A stretch of 64,000 bases of DNA from a virus: the IMG/VR virus record IMGVR_UViG_3300018432_000014, positions 9,488 through 73,487 of that record, one strand, 5' to 3'. Below the pieces are notes generated by a model. It saw nothing but the letters and a program-made list of their open reading frames with translations. It did not search any database and was not told where the DNA came from. Both the position numbers and the translations under genes were made by a program. This document shows positions 22,019 through 29,279 of this stretch, piece by piece (within the stretch, counting starts at the first letter, position 1; the number at the start of each line of letters is the position of its first letter).

Positions 22019-22029
22019 GACTGCCCGGA

Positions 22030-22313
22030 TTCGCGGCCCGGATGTGCGAAGAAGGGCAGCATGTGCGCGCGCGAGAGAGGATCCGAGCGGGATCCCCGTC
22101 GGCGGGCCCGCGCCGCTCGAGACCGCGCCGGGGGAACATCCGATCGCGGCCGAGCACGGGCCCTCGAGCCCGCGTGCGACCTGCGACCGCGCCGACCTTG
22201 CCGAGCCCGCGCCGGCTTGTGCCCGGGCCCCTCGAGCCCGCACGGGCCCGCGCCGGGGCATCTTGCGACCGCGCCGCTCGAGAGGCCCGCGCCCCTCGAG
22301 CCCGGGGCTCGTC
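22030..22313 (+). repeat. GC-rich spacer built of CCCGCGCCG, CTCGAG and GGGCCC units
   Basis: Several CCGCGCC(G) units, all on the + strand. Confidence 0.7.
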
Positions 22314-22556
22314 TCAGACCGCCTTGAGCTTGCGGCCGACCGCGATCACCTCTTGACGCATGCCGTATCGCAGTTGCGAGAGCAGATTGCGCGACCATTC
22401 GGTATCGCGAATCGCGAGCAACGTCGCTGCGAGCTTCTCGACCGAGGCGTAACCCGCGCCGCTTCCGTCGCCCTCGCCATCCTCGCCCGCTGCGTTGACG
22501 CATCCGACGAGATTCGTTGCCGTGTTCTTGAGAGCGTTGAGGTTCGTCTTGTTCAC
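22314..22556 (-). CDS. Hypothetical protein, leaderless from a class II promoter
   Basis: TTGTCT-17-CATGCT-6-GTG with operator 22566-22581. Confidence 0.65.
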   Translation of the reverse strand: MNKTNLNALKNTATNLVGCVNAAGEDGEGDGSGAGYASVEKLAATLLAIRDTEWSRNLLSQLRYGMRQEVIAVGRKLKAV

Positions 22557-22636
22557 ACCCTAAGCATGCCGGATCCGGGACACTAAGACAAGAGCAGAGG
22601 CCCGATCCCGAGCCGATCATGCGGGTCGTGTAGGTA

Positions 22637-22675
22637 TGAAATACCGCTTGCGTCTTTCAAGGCCGGAGCTAGAGT
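22637..22675 (+). promoter_or_regulatory. Class I promoter/operator, copy 3
   Basis: TGAAATACCGCTTGCGTCTTTCAAG...TAGAGT; ATG 22685. Confidence 0.8.
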
Positions 22676-22684
22676 CAAAAACAG

Positions 22685-22987
22685 ATGGACACCAACGAAA
22701 CAACGCAGTCGTTTGAGGCAACTGTCGAGGCATATGTTGCCGCTCTCAATGCTCGTGCGAACGAGCTGATCGCAGCCGGAAAGGCGCCTCTTTACCTGAG
22801 CTTCGGCTTCACGATGGGGCCAAAGCACGCGCGGATCTTCGCGAATCACGGCGGCACGAGCCGCAGCTCGCGCGCCTTTTTCAGCCGAGACGGCCTGATC
22901 CGTCGCGCCGACAGCTGGAAAGCGGCGGGTCGGATCCTCGGCAAGCATGACAGCGCCGACGCTTTCGCCTACATCTTCGGTCGTTGA
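22685..22987 (+). CDS. Small hypothetical protein (cassette)
   Basis: 100 aa after class I promoter; G.I.RADSWKA motif seen in small phage proteins. Confidence 0.75.
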   Translation: MDTNETTQSFEATVEAYVAALNARANELIAAGKAPLYLSFGFTMGPKHARIFANHGGTSRSSRAFFSRDGLIRRADSWKAAGRILGKHDSADAFAYIFGR

Positions 22988-23040
22988 TCCGCGCCGGGGC
23001 CCTCTTGAGAGGGCCCGCGCAGACAATCGACCCGCGCCGG

Positions 23041-23079
23041 TGAAATACCGCTAGCGCTTTTCAAGCGCTCAGCTAGAGT
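23041..23079 (+). promoter_or_regulatory. Class I promoter/operator, copy 4
   Basis: TAGAGT, 6 nt, GTG 23086. Confidence 0.88.
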
Positions 23080-23085
23080 CAAGAC

Positions 23086-23373
23086 GTGGACAAGAAGACG
23101 ACAACGAAATCGAAGAAGTTGCAGATCGTGCTCGCGAAACTCGTCGACGATGTGCGGGTGATTGATCCCGGTGCTCGCGACCTCGGGATCGGGCCGAAGT
23201 TCGAGGCGATCAAGCGGCCTGTCGCGCTAGTTTGGATTCGCAGCGGCACCGGCGCCGACCTCGAAAAGGCGCAGAAGTTCGCGCCGACCGAGGGTTACAC
23301 GGTCTTTGTGTACGCGCCGACCGAGCGCAACCCGCTCGACCGAGCCCGCGCCGACATTGCGGCGACCGCCTGA
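23086..23373 (+). CDS. Small hypothetical protein (cassette, leaderless)
   Basis: 95 aa; starts 6 nt after the -10. Confidence 0.75.
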   Translation: MDKKTTTKSKKLQIVLAKLVDDVRVIDPGARDLGIGPKFEAIKRPVALVWIRSGTGADLEKAQKFAPTEGYTVFVYAPTERNPLDRARADIAATA

Positions 23374-23420
23374 GCCGAGGCCCGCGCCGCTCGAGATTCT
23401 CGAGCGGCTGCCGGGAGTTG

Positions 23421-23459
23421 TGAAATACCGCTAGCGCTTTTCAAGATGCGAGCTAGGAT
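23421..23459 (+). promoter_or_regulatory. Class I promoter/operator, copy 5
   Basis: TAGGAT, 6 nt, ATG 23466. Confidence 0.88.
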
Positions 23460-23465
23460 CTAGGC

Positions 23466-23615
23466 ATGGACAACGCAGTAACACGGTACGAGATCGCGGT
23501 CGCCAAGATGAAAGACGCGGAAGCGCGCAACCTGTCACGCACGACGATCGCCAAGCGTTGGCGCGAAGTTTTCGCGGCAGAAGACGCTCTGAAAGCTCGC
23601 GATTTCTACCGCTGA
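23466..23615 (+). CDS. 49-aa helical peptide (cassette, leaderless; not in ORF track)
   Basis: MDNAVTRYEIAVAKMKDAEARNLSRTTIAKRWREVFAAEDALKARDFYR. Confidence 0.7.
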   Translation: MDNAVTRYEIAVAKMKDAEARNLSRTTIAKRWREVFAAEDALKARDFYR

Positions 23616-23652
23616 AAACACCGGGGCCCTCTCGAGGGCCCGCGCCGCTCGG

Positions 23653-23672
23653 GTGTAGCCCCGGGGCCACAC
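23653..23672. promoter_or_regulatory. 20-bp palindrome family, copy 4
   Basis: GTGTAGCCCCGGGGCCACAC, intergenic. Confidence 0.65.
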
Positions 23673-23694
23673 GGCAGCAATCGACCCGCGCCGG

Positions 23695-23733
23695 TGAAAT
23701 ACCGCTAGCGCTTTTCAAGACCTGAGCTAGAGT
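23695..23733 (+). promoter_or_regulatory. Class I promoter/operator, copy 6 (consensus)
   Basis: TGAAATACCGCTAGCGCTTTTCAAGACCTGAGCTAGAGT, 6 nt, ATG 23740. Confidence 0.9.
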
Positions 23734-23739
23734 CAAAAC

Positions 23740-23970
23740 ATGGAAACGAAATCGACCCGCGCCGCTAGGTTCGACGCTCTTCTTGCGGCAGCTGCCGCCC
23801 GCACACCGGGATACGCTGCAGCCGCCGCCCGTTGCGCGGCAGAAAACGCCGCTCTCAAGACGCGCGACCTCGCCGACGCACATCGTGCGAGCCGTAGCCC
23901 GCGACCCGACGGCGGCGAGGATGACGGTTGGGGTGACTATTGCTCGCCCCGATCGGCTTTCGAGGTGTGA
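23740..23970 (+). CDS. Small hypothetical protein (cassette, leaderless)
   Basis: 76 aa; its TGA stop is the first triplet of the next promoter copy. Confidence 0.7.
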   Translation: METKSTRAARFDALLAAAAARTPGYAAAAARCAAENAALKTRDLADAHRASRSPRPDGGEDDGWGDYCSPRSAFEV

Positions 23971-24006
23971 AATACCGCTAGCGCTTTTCAAGACCTGAGC
24001 TAGGAT
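23968..24006 (+). promoter_or_regulatory. Class I promoter/operator, copy 7
   Basis: TAGGAT, 6 nt, ATG 24013. Confidence 0.9.
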
Positions 24007-24012
24007 CTGAGC

Positions 24013-24234
24013 ATGGACACGAAGCAAGCCCTCAAGTTGATTTACCGCCACACACACCGCGATTCGCGCGGAACACTCTCGGATTGCAAGACGATCCTCG
24101 TCTACCGCAACGGGACCTGCCTCGTGCCGCTCGAGGCCCTCACGGCTGCCGAGATTGCCGAGCGCTTGCCGCTCGCAGAACGCCGCGAAGCCGAGCGGCT
24201 CGAGAAGATCGCAGCGAAAAAGGCGGCGAAATGA
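24013..24234 (+). CDS. Small hypothetical protein (cassette, leaderless)
   Basis: 73 aa; IYRHTHRD motif. Confidence 0.75.
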   Translation: MDTKQALKLIYRHTHRDSRGTLSDCKTILVYRNGTCLVPLEALTAAEIAERLPLAERREAERLEKIAAKKAAK

Positions 24235-24425
24235 TCACCCGCGCACAACTCGACTCGCACGTCTGCGACCGATCGCGATCGTGGTGGGCACACGACGCAC
24301 AAGGGATCCCGCTCTGTCGGGTCTGCGACACCTGCGAGCGTGCCAAGCTCTCGCGATACCGGCCCGAGATCCTGAGCGGATACGATCAATCTGACGTCGA
24401 CGAGCCGATCGAGGCAGACGACTGA
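24231..24425 (+). CDS. Small Zn-finger protein with acidic tail
   Basis: ATGA-coupled; DAQGIPLCRVCDTC...YRPEIL. Confidence 0.7.
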   Translation: MITRAQLDSHVCDRSRSWWAHDAQGIPLCRVCDTCERAKLSRYRPEILSGYDQSDVDEPIEADD

Positions 24426-24585
24426 TCCCGGGGCCCTCGAGCCCGTGCCGGGCCCGGCAATCGGAGCCCGGCCCTCGAGCCCGTGCCCGGCGACCCGCGC
24501 CGCTCGAGAGCTGCAGCTCGGGCCCGTGCCGACTCGAGGGCCCGCGCCGCTCGAGAAGCCCGCGCCGACAATCGACCGGGGCCGT

Positions 24586-24624
24586 TGAAATACCGCTAGC
24601 GCTTTTCAAGGCCTGAGCTAGATT
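24586..24624 (+). promoter_or_regulatory. Class I promoter/operator, copy 8
   Basis: TAGATT, 6 nt, ATG 24631. Confidence 0.88.
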
Positions 24625-24630
24625 CAAAAC

Positions 24631-24936
24631 ATGGCAAACGAAGTCGCAAACACCATCGTCGCGCAACTCAGCAATCGCGGTCTTTTCATGCTTGGCGCGA
24701 AAGACCTCGTCGCAGGCGAAAACAGCCTCACCTTCAAGATCGGCCGGAACAGCAAGACGATCTCGCACATCCGGATCACGCTCGATGCGAGCGACACCTA
24801 CACGGTCGAGTCGATCCGAGTGCGCAAGAGTGCGGGCGTGCCGGTCGTGCGGATCGTCGAGACCTGCGGCGACGTGTATGCGGACAGTCTCAAGCGCACG
24901 ATCGAGACGTTTACCGGCATGTACATGAGCTTGTGA
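24631..24936 (+). CDS. Phage hypothetical protein (cassette, leaderless)
   Basis: 101 aa; VANTI..QL, I.L..SDTY.V, VY.D.L...IE..TG.Y.SL pattern recalled from phage proteins. Confidence 0.8.
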   Translation: MANEVANTIVAQLSNRGLFMLGAKDLVAGENSLTFKIGRNSKTISHIRITLDASDTYTVESIRVRKSAGVPVVRIVETCGDVYADSLKRTIETFTGMYMSL

Positions 24937-24979
24937 GAGGCCGCGCCGCTCGAGAATCTCGAGCGGCTGCCGGGGCTTG

Positions 24980-25001
24980 TGAAATACCGCCAGCGCTTTT
25001 C
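24980..25001 (+). promoter_or_regulatory. Class I motif, copy 9 (truncated, no -10)
   Basis: TGAAATACCGCCAGCGCTTTTC then GGGCCCGCGCCG. Confidence 0.7.
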
Positions 25002-25067
25002 GGGCCCGCGCCGAAAATCGGCTCGATGGCCCTGGACATCAGGGCCTGCATCCGGGACCACTAAACG

Positions 25068-25328
25068 ATGGCAAGCAAGAAAAAACCGACGGACCTCACG
25101 ACTCAGATACTGATCCAAATTCGCGATGAGATCCGGCAGACAAACGAGCGACTCGAGCGACTCGAGCGCCGGCAGACCGACTCGGAAACGCGATTGGCGA
25201 CCGAGCTTGTCGCGCTCGCGAAAGCCGTCAACGATGTACGCGTGCTGATCATCGACATGCGTCAGGATCAGCGCCGCATGGAAGCGCTCGAGGAACGCGT
25301 GCTCCATGTCGAGCGCAAGGTGAGCTGA
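25068..25328 (+). CDS. Small coiled-coil protein (myxobacterial-type), leaderless from a class II promoter
   Basis: TDLT..IL.QIRDEIR.TNERL; TGGACA-17-GACCAC-6-ATG. Confidence 0.7.
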   Translation: MASKKKPTDLTTQILIQIRDEIRQTNERLERLERRQTDSETRLATELVALAKAVNDVRVLIIDMRQDQRRMEALEERVLHVERKVS

Positions 25329-25352
25329 TTCTCGAGCGGTCTCGAGCGGTTG

Positions 25353-25391
25353 TGAAATACCGCTAGCGCTTTTCAAAGACCGAGCTAAGCT
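25353..25391 (+). promoter_or_regulatory. Class I promoter/operator, copy 10
   Basis: TAAGCT, 6 nt, ATG 25398. Confidence 0.88.
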
Positions 25392-25397
25392 CTGGTT

Positions 25398-25574
25398 ATG
25401 ACAACGACGAGCAACGCGAAGACCTGGATTGTGGCCGAGTATCGCAACGACGACTTTTTCGGGCAGACCGAGAACCTCACTCAGAAAGAGGCGACCGACC
25501 TCGCAAACAAGATGAGGGCAGCCGGTCTCGAGGTGACGATCGCAGACGGCCCGGGCGACCTCGAGAGCTTCTGA
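25398..25574 (+). CDS. 58-aa protein (cassette, leaderless; not in ORF track)
   Basis: MTTTSNAKTWIVAEYRNDDFFGQTENLTQKEATDLANKMRAAGLEVTIADGPGDLESF. Confidence 0.7.
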   Translation: MTTTSNAKTWIVAEYRNDDFFGQTENLTQKEATDLANKMRAAGLEVTIADGPGDLESF

Positions 25575-25636
25575 GACCCGATCGGGCCCGGCAAACACCG
25601 GGCCCGCGCCGTTTCCGAGCCGCGCAGACGACCTCG

Positions 25637-25675
25637 TGAAATACAGCTAGCGCTTTTCAAGACTTGAGCTAGAGT
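25637..25675 (+). promoter_or_regulatory. Class I promoter/operator, copy 11
   Basis: TAGAGT, 6 nt, ATG 25682. Confidence 0.88.
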
Positions 25676-25681
25676 CAACTC

Positions 25682-26221
25682 ATGGACAGCAACGCAACCG
25701 AGATGTCGACCGAGGCCAAAAAGATTCACCCTTTCGAGCGCAACGGTCTCGGGATCGCGCCCTTCAAATACGTAGGGTTCTACGTCTCGAAATACCAGGC
25801 GATCCCGGGCGACCCGAGCTGCCCGATTCAGCCCGGCAGCTCGTGCGACCATTGCGGCACGGCGATCATGAATGTCTGCCGGATCAAGTCGGCCGACGGT
25901 CGCGAATTCAAGGTCGGATCCGACTGCGTTGGCAAGGTCGGGCGCGCGCACGATGCCGCTCTCTTGACCGCCGTCGAGGCCGCCGCCCGGAAACGTGCCG
26001 GCGCCGCTCGTAAGAGCCTCGCAGCGGCCCGCGCTGCAGAGCTGGCGACCTTGCTCGCAACCGAGACGGTCCGGGCGACCCTGGCCCTGCAGCCGCACCC
26101 GCACCCCTACCGCGCCGGGCTCGGTGACACGCTTCTCGACGCGATCGAGTTCTCGGTCAAGCGCAGCGGCGCCGCTGGCATCGCTCGCACGCTCAAGACG
26201 GTCAAGGCGCAGATCGCCTGA
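25682..26221 (+). CDS. Zn-binding hypothetical protein (cassette, leaderless)
   Basis: CDHCGTAI...F.VGSDCV.K. Confidence 0.8.
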   Translation: MDSNATEMSTEAKKIHPFERNGLGIAPFKYVGFYVSKYQAIPGDPSCPIQPGSSCDHCGTAIMNVCRIKSADGREFKVGSDCVGKVGRAHDAALLTAVEAAARKRAGAARKSLAAARAAELATLLATETVRATLALQPHPHPYRAGLGDTLLDAIEFSVKRSGAAGIARTLKTVKAQIA

Positions 26222-26343
26222 CCGGGGCCCCTCTCGAGGGCCCGAGCGGCTCGAGGGCAGGAGGCCCGCTGCCCGAGCATGTCGCTCGAAATCCGCGCCG
26301 CTCGAGGGCTGCAGCGGTTCGCAGAGAAATCGACTCGGTCAGA

Positions 26344-26382
26344 TGAAATACCGCTAGCGCATTTCAAGACCTCGGCTAGGCT
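26344..26382 (+). promoter_or_regulatory. Class I promoter/operator, copy 12
   Basis: TAGGCT, 6 nt, ATG 26389. Confidence 0.85.
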
Positions 26383-26388
26383 CTAGAC

Positions 26389-27180
26389 ATGGACACGAAC
26401 AAACCGACTCTCAGCGTGAATCTCATCGCAATCGTCGACGGCTACCTCAGCGGCAAGCGCCGCGAGAAGTTTCGCGACAGCATCTCGATTCTCAACCGCT
26501 CGCTCGCACAAGGTGCCTGGACACCGCGGGGCTCGGTCAAGGCGAGCGCTGGTTTCTATCAGGGTCTCGCGAAAAAGATCGGCAATCTTCAACCTTACGA
26601 GCTTGACGCATGCGTACGCTACGGCCAGCCGATGCGGTCGGTGACACTTACAGACGAGATGTGCATGCAACTGTCGTCGTCTCGCGTGTTGCGCGCTTGG
26701 GTCACGCTCTGCTCGGAAGTCGCTGCAGCTCGCGCGTTTCTCGATGCGGCCCGCCCGACGCCGGTTGTCACGGCGATCGGTCTCTCGCCGAAAGTCACGA
26801 AGACTCTGAAAGACTGCAATCTCGACATCGATCTCGCGACGATCAAGCCCGCGAAGATCAGCTTTTACGAAGTGCAGGCGCGCGATAAGGCCGGCGAATT
26901 GCGGGTTGATCGCGACGGTAAGCCGGTGATGGAGCGAGTCTATTTCGTCGACTGGAGCGCGGGTTGCCTTTTCAACCGGTCGCGGTTTGCGATGGGTGAC
27001 GGCTGCCACGCTTGCGGCAAGACGATCCCGAGCGGCCGATTCGTGCCGATCGAGGCGAGCTGCAAGAAGCTCGGGCAGAAGGTCGCCCTCTGGCTCGGCT
27101 GCGACTGCGCGCGGAACATCTTTGGCGTCAAGGACATCGGCATCGACAAGAATGCGAAAGCGCCGACCGCGGGCGAGTGA
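26389..27180 (+). CDS. Hypothetical protein with C-terminal Zn finger (cassette, leaderless)
   Basis: CHACGK.I...LGCDCA, the same finger type as 25682-26221. Confidence 0.8.
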   Translation: MDTNKPTLSVNLIAIVDGYLSGKRREKFRDSISILNRSLAQGAWTPRGSVKASAGFYQGLAKKIGNLQPYELDACVRYGQPMRSVTLTDEMCMQLSSSRVLRAWVTLCSEVAAARAFLDAARPTPVVTAIGLSPKVTKTLKDCNLDIDLATIKPAKISFYEVQARDKAGELRVDRDGKPVMERVYFVDWSAGCLFNRSRFAMGDGCHACGKTIPSGRFVPIEASCKKLGQKVALWLGCDCARNIFGVKDIGIDKNAKAPTAGE

Positions 27181-27192
27181 AACTTTCTCGAG

Positions 27193-27219
27193 GGCTCGGG
27201 TCGAATATCGGCCCGAGCC
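27193..27219 (+). terminator. Stem-loop after the last cassette
   Basis: GGCTCGGGTCGA-ATA-TCGGCCCGAGCC. Confidence 0.45.
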
Positions 27220-27221
27220 TA

Positions 27222-27250
27222 TTGCATACGGGTCCCGCATCCGGGACACT
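27222..27250 (+). promoter_or_regulatory. Class II promoter with perfect operator
   Basis: TTGCAT-17-GACACT-6-ATG; GTCCCGCATCCGGGAC at 27232-27247. Confidence 0.8.
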
Positions 27251-27256
27251 AAAGGT

Positions 27257-27565
27257 ATGGATTACGTCAGCAAGACGGGGCTCGCGAAAATGCGCAAGGT
27301 CGTGAGAGAGACTCGAGCGCTTTATGCGGAGGCCCGATGGGTTGCGCTCGCAGCCGGCAGACAGGCTCGGTCGCGTGACACGAGCCGAGCCCGGCTGATC
27401 CTCGAAGACGCACTCGACGCGGCTCTCGAGGCTCGCCAGACCATGCGGCATTACGCAGGCGTGCTTGCCAAGATGGAGGCTCTCCCGATCGAGCCGCATG
27501 CAGGTCGAGTGAGCCCGGCTGCGCTCGCTCGGCTGCGCTCGCTCGGCCGACTCAATCCGGCTTGA
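27257..27565 (+). CDS. Hypothetical protein, leaderless
   Basis: Starts 6 nt after the class II -10. Confidence 0.65.
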   Translation: MDYVSKTGLAKMRKVVRETRALYAEARWVALAAGRQARSRDTSRARLILEDALDAALEARQTMRHYAGVLAKMEALPIEPHAGRVSPAALARLRSLGRLNPA

Positions 27566-27647
27566 CCGTACACCGGACAAGGGTACACTCAATGAGTTAC
27601 CGGTGTCACGGGCGTCGACAAACACCTCTACTGAAAATGAGGACGGC

Positions 27648-28013
27648 ATGACTGCAAAGAAGACTGAATCGAAGCTCAAGCCGGGCGATCGCGAAGCAGG
27701 CGAGTTTCTCGACGAGCTTTTGGGAGGCCCGCTGACGTTTGGTGCGATGGTTCGCTCGACTCGAATGACAGACAATTTCACGCTCGCGACGTTCGCGAAG
27801 AAGCTCGGTGTGTCGCGGCAATTCGTGTGTGATGTGGAACAGGGGCGGCGCGCTGTGTCGGCTGTTACGGCTGCGAAATGGGCTCGGTTGCTTGGCTACG
27901 CAGAGGCCGTATGGATTGCGCTTGCGTTGCAAGCGTCTCTCGATGCATCCGGCCTCAAGTATCGTGTGCGCGTTGAATCAATCGCACGCTCGCGAATGCG
28001 CAAGGCGTCGTGA
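27648..28013 (+). CDS. XRE-family HTH protein, HigA antitoxin-like, no adjacent toxin
   Basis: GGPLTFG.M....R......FAKKLGVSRQFVCDVEQGRRAVS...AAKWA; own TTGACC/TACACT promoter. Confidence 0.75.
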   Translation: MTAKKTESKLKPGDREAGEFLDELLGGPLTFGAMVRSTRMTDNFTLATFAKKLGVSRQFVCDVEQGRRAVSAVTAAKWARLLGYAEAVWIALALQASLDASGLKYRVRVESIARSRMRKAS

Positions 28014-28017
28014 TCCA

Positions 28018-29055
28018 GTGAGCACGCCAGCGAACATGTTCGACGCGACTCGGCTCAGTGCGAGCTACGCGTTGCAGTTTTCGAAAGCATGGTTGAGCGA
28101 TCCTCTTTCGACGGCGTCTGCTCTCACCGAGCGGATTTGCGAGCGCATGCATTTCCGAAAGCCGAAGGACGATCCCGAGGCGGACGGCGCCTATCACACC
28201 GTGCTGATGAACACGCTCATTTGCGGTCGGTGGGCCATGGCTGGGCTACCGGTTGTGACTCTCGGGCATCGTACGGCGGCGGCTCTCATGGCGACTCGGA
28301 TGAAGCCGGAGGATGCTGAGGAATTCGTGCGCGCGCCGTGGCCCGCATTCGCGATCCGGCTGCCGGTGCCGTTGCTCACGATCGAAAAGCAGGGAGTGCT
28401 ACTCGACGCGAATCTCGTGATGGTGACGAGTGTGCCGAGAGAGCATGTGCACGCGAGCGACGGCCTGCCCGGGCGCGAGAGGTGGTGGTACAAGCTCGTC
28501 GCGCTCGATTCTGAAGATCTGCCCGACGTTGCGATGATGCCGCCCGAGACGATCGGGTTTCTAGGCGGCCTCAACATTTGGGGCTTCAACATGCCGACTC
28601 GGTATCTCGCGACGCCCGACACGAGTGACGAAGAAGGTTTCACGAGATGGGATCTTCGCGAGACGGTCTCGAGCGACCAACGCTCGGATCAGATGGTGCG
28701 ATCGTTGATCATCGCATGCTGTCTGTATCTCAGCGGCGACCCGCTCTCGAGGGCCGCTCGGACAGAGGGCGAGGGCGCAGTCACGATCACGACTCGCTCG
28801 AGGGCGCAGCGACACGGCGACGATCTGCCGGGCTACACCGAGCACGAGATCCGATCGTCGATCAAGATCAACCTGCATCACGCGATCCGCGACTACGTCA
28901 AGCACGGCGGCGGCACACCATCGGTGCAGACGCTCGTCGCTGGCCACTGGAAACGCCAAGCTCACGGCCCGGGCCGGACCGAGCGCCGGATCATTCACGT
29001 GCAACCGTATTGGCGAGGTCCGATCGACGCGCCGGTCTCGATTCGGATCAAGTGA
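28018..29055 (+). CDS. Hypothetical protein with C-terminal V.GHW..Q..G...R..I.V.PYWRG motif
   Basis: 345-aa ORF; motif recalled from uncharacterised phage proteins. Confidence 0.7.
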   Translation: MSTPANMFDATRLSASYALQFSKAWLSDPLSTASALTERICERMHFRKPKDDPEADGAYHTVLMNTLICGRWAMAGLPVVTLGHRTAAALMATRMKPEDAEEFVRAPWPAFAIRLPVPLLTIEKQGVLLDANLVMVTSVPREHVHASDGLPGRERWWYKLVALDSEDLPDVAMMPPETIGFLGGLNIWGFNMPTRYLATPDTSDEEGFTRWDLRETVSSDQRSDQMVRSLIIACCLYLSGDPLSRAARTEGEGAVTITTRSRAQRHGDDLPGYTEHEIRSSIKINLHHAIRDYVKHGGGTPSVQTLVAGHWKRQAHGPGRTERRIIHVQPYWRGPIDAPVSIRIK

Positions 29056-29228
29056 CGGCCGAGATCGAAGACTCGGTGCAACCTCGTGAGTAAGGTCTCG
29101 GACGATGTGGCGGCATGGTACGCGGGGAGATCCCGCGGCGCCTCTGTCAGGTGGGTCATGAAACACCGCTGCATCGTTCTCGGCTGGCCAAGACAGGCGA
29201 TCGACTTCCCGTGAATCCGTGGGCCCGC

Positions 29229-29248
29229 GTGTGGCCCCGGGATTACAC
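29229..29248. promoter_or_regulatory. 20-bp palindrome family, copy 5
   Basis: GTGTGGCCCCGGGATTACAC upstream of the gene at 29280. Confidence 0.6.
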
Positions 29249-29279
29249 GCTCGGTTACCCTCTCGAGAGAGGTGACACC

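Noticed and set aside
21976-22620. Arg/Gly/Pro-rich ORFs across the GC-rich spacer
   Set aside because: They are translations of the CCCGCGCCG/CTCGAG repeats and are open in several frames at once.
22637-26382. CRISPR array interpretation of the class I repeats
   Set aside because: Intervals are about 270-710 bp and contain whole genes, the repeats have promoter geometry, and there are no cas genes in the window.
21709-27180. Integron cassette array
   Set aside because: No attC R-box structure, the cassettes carry their own promoters, and the integrase looks like a phage Int with a tRNA attP.
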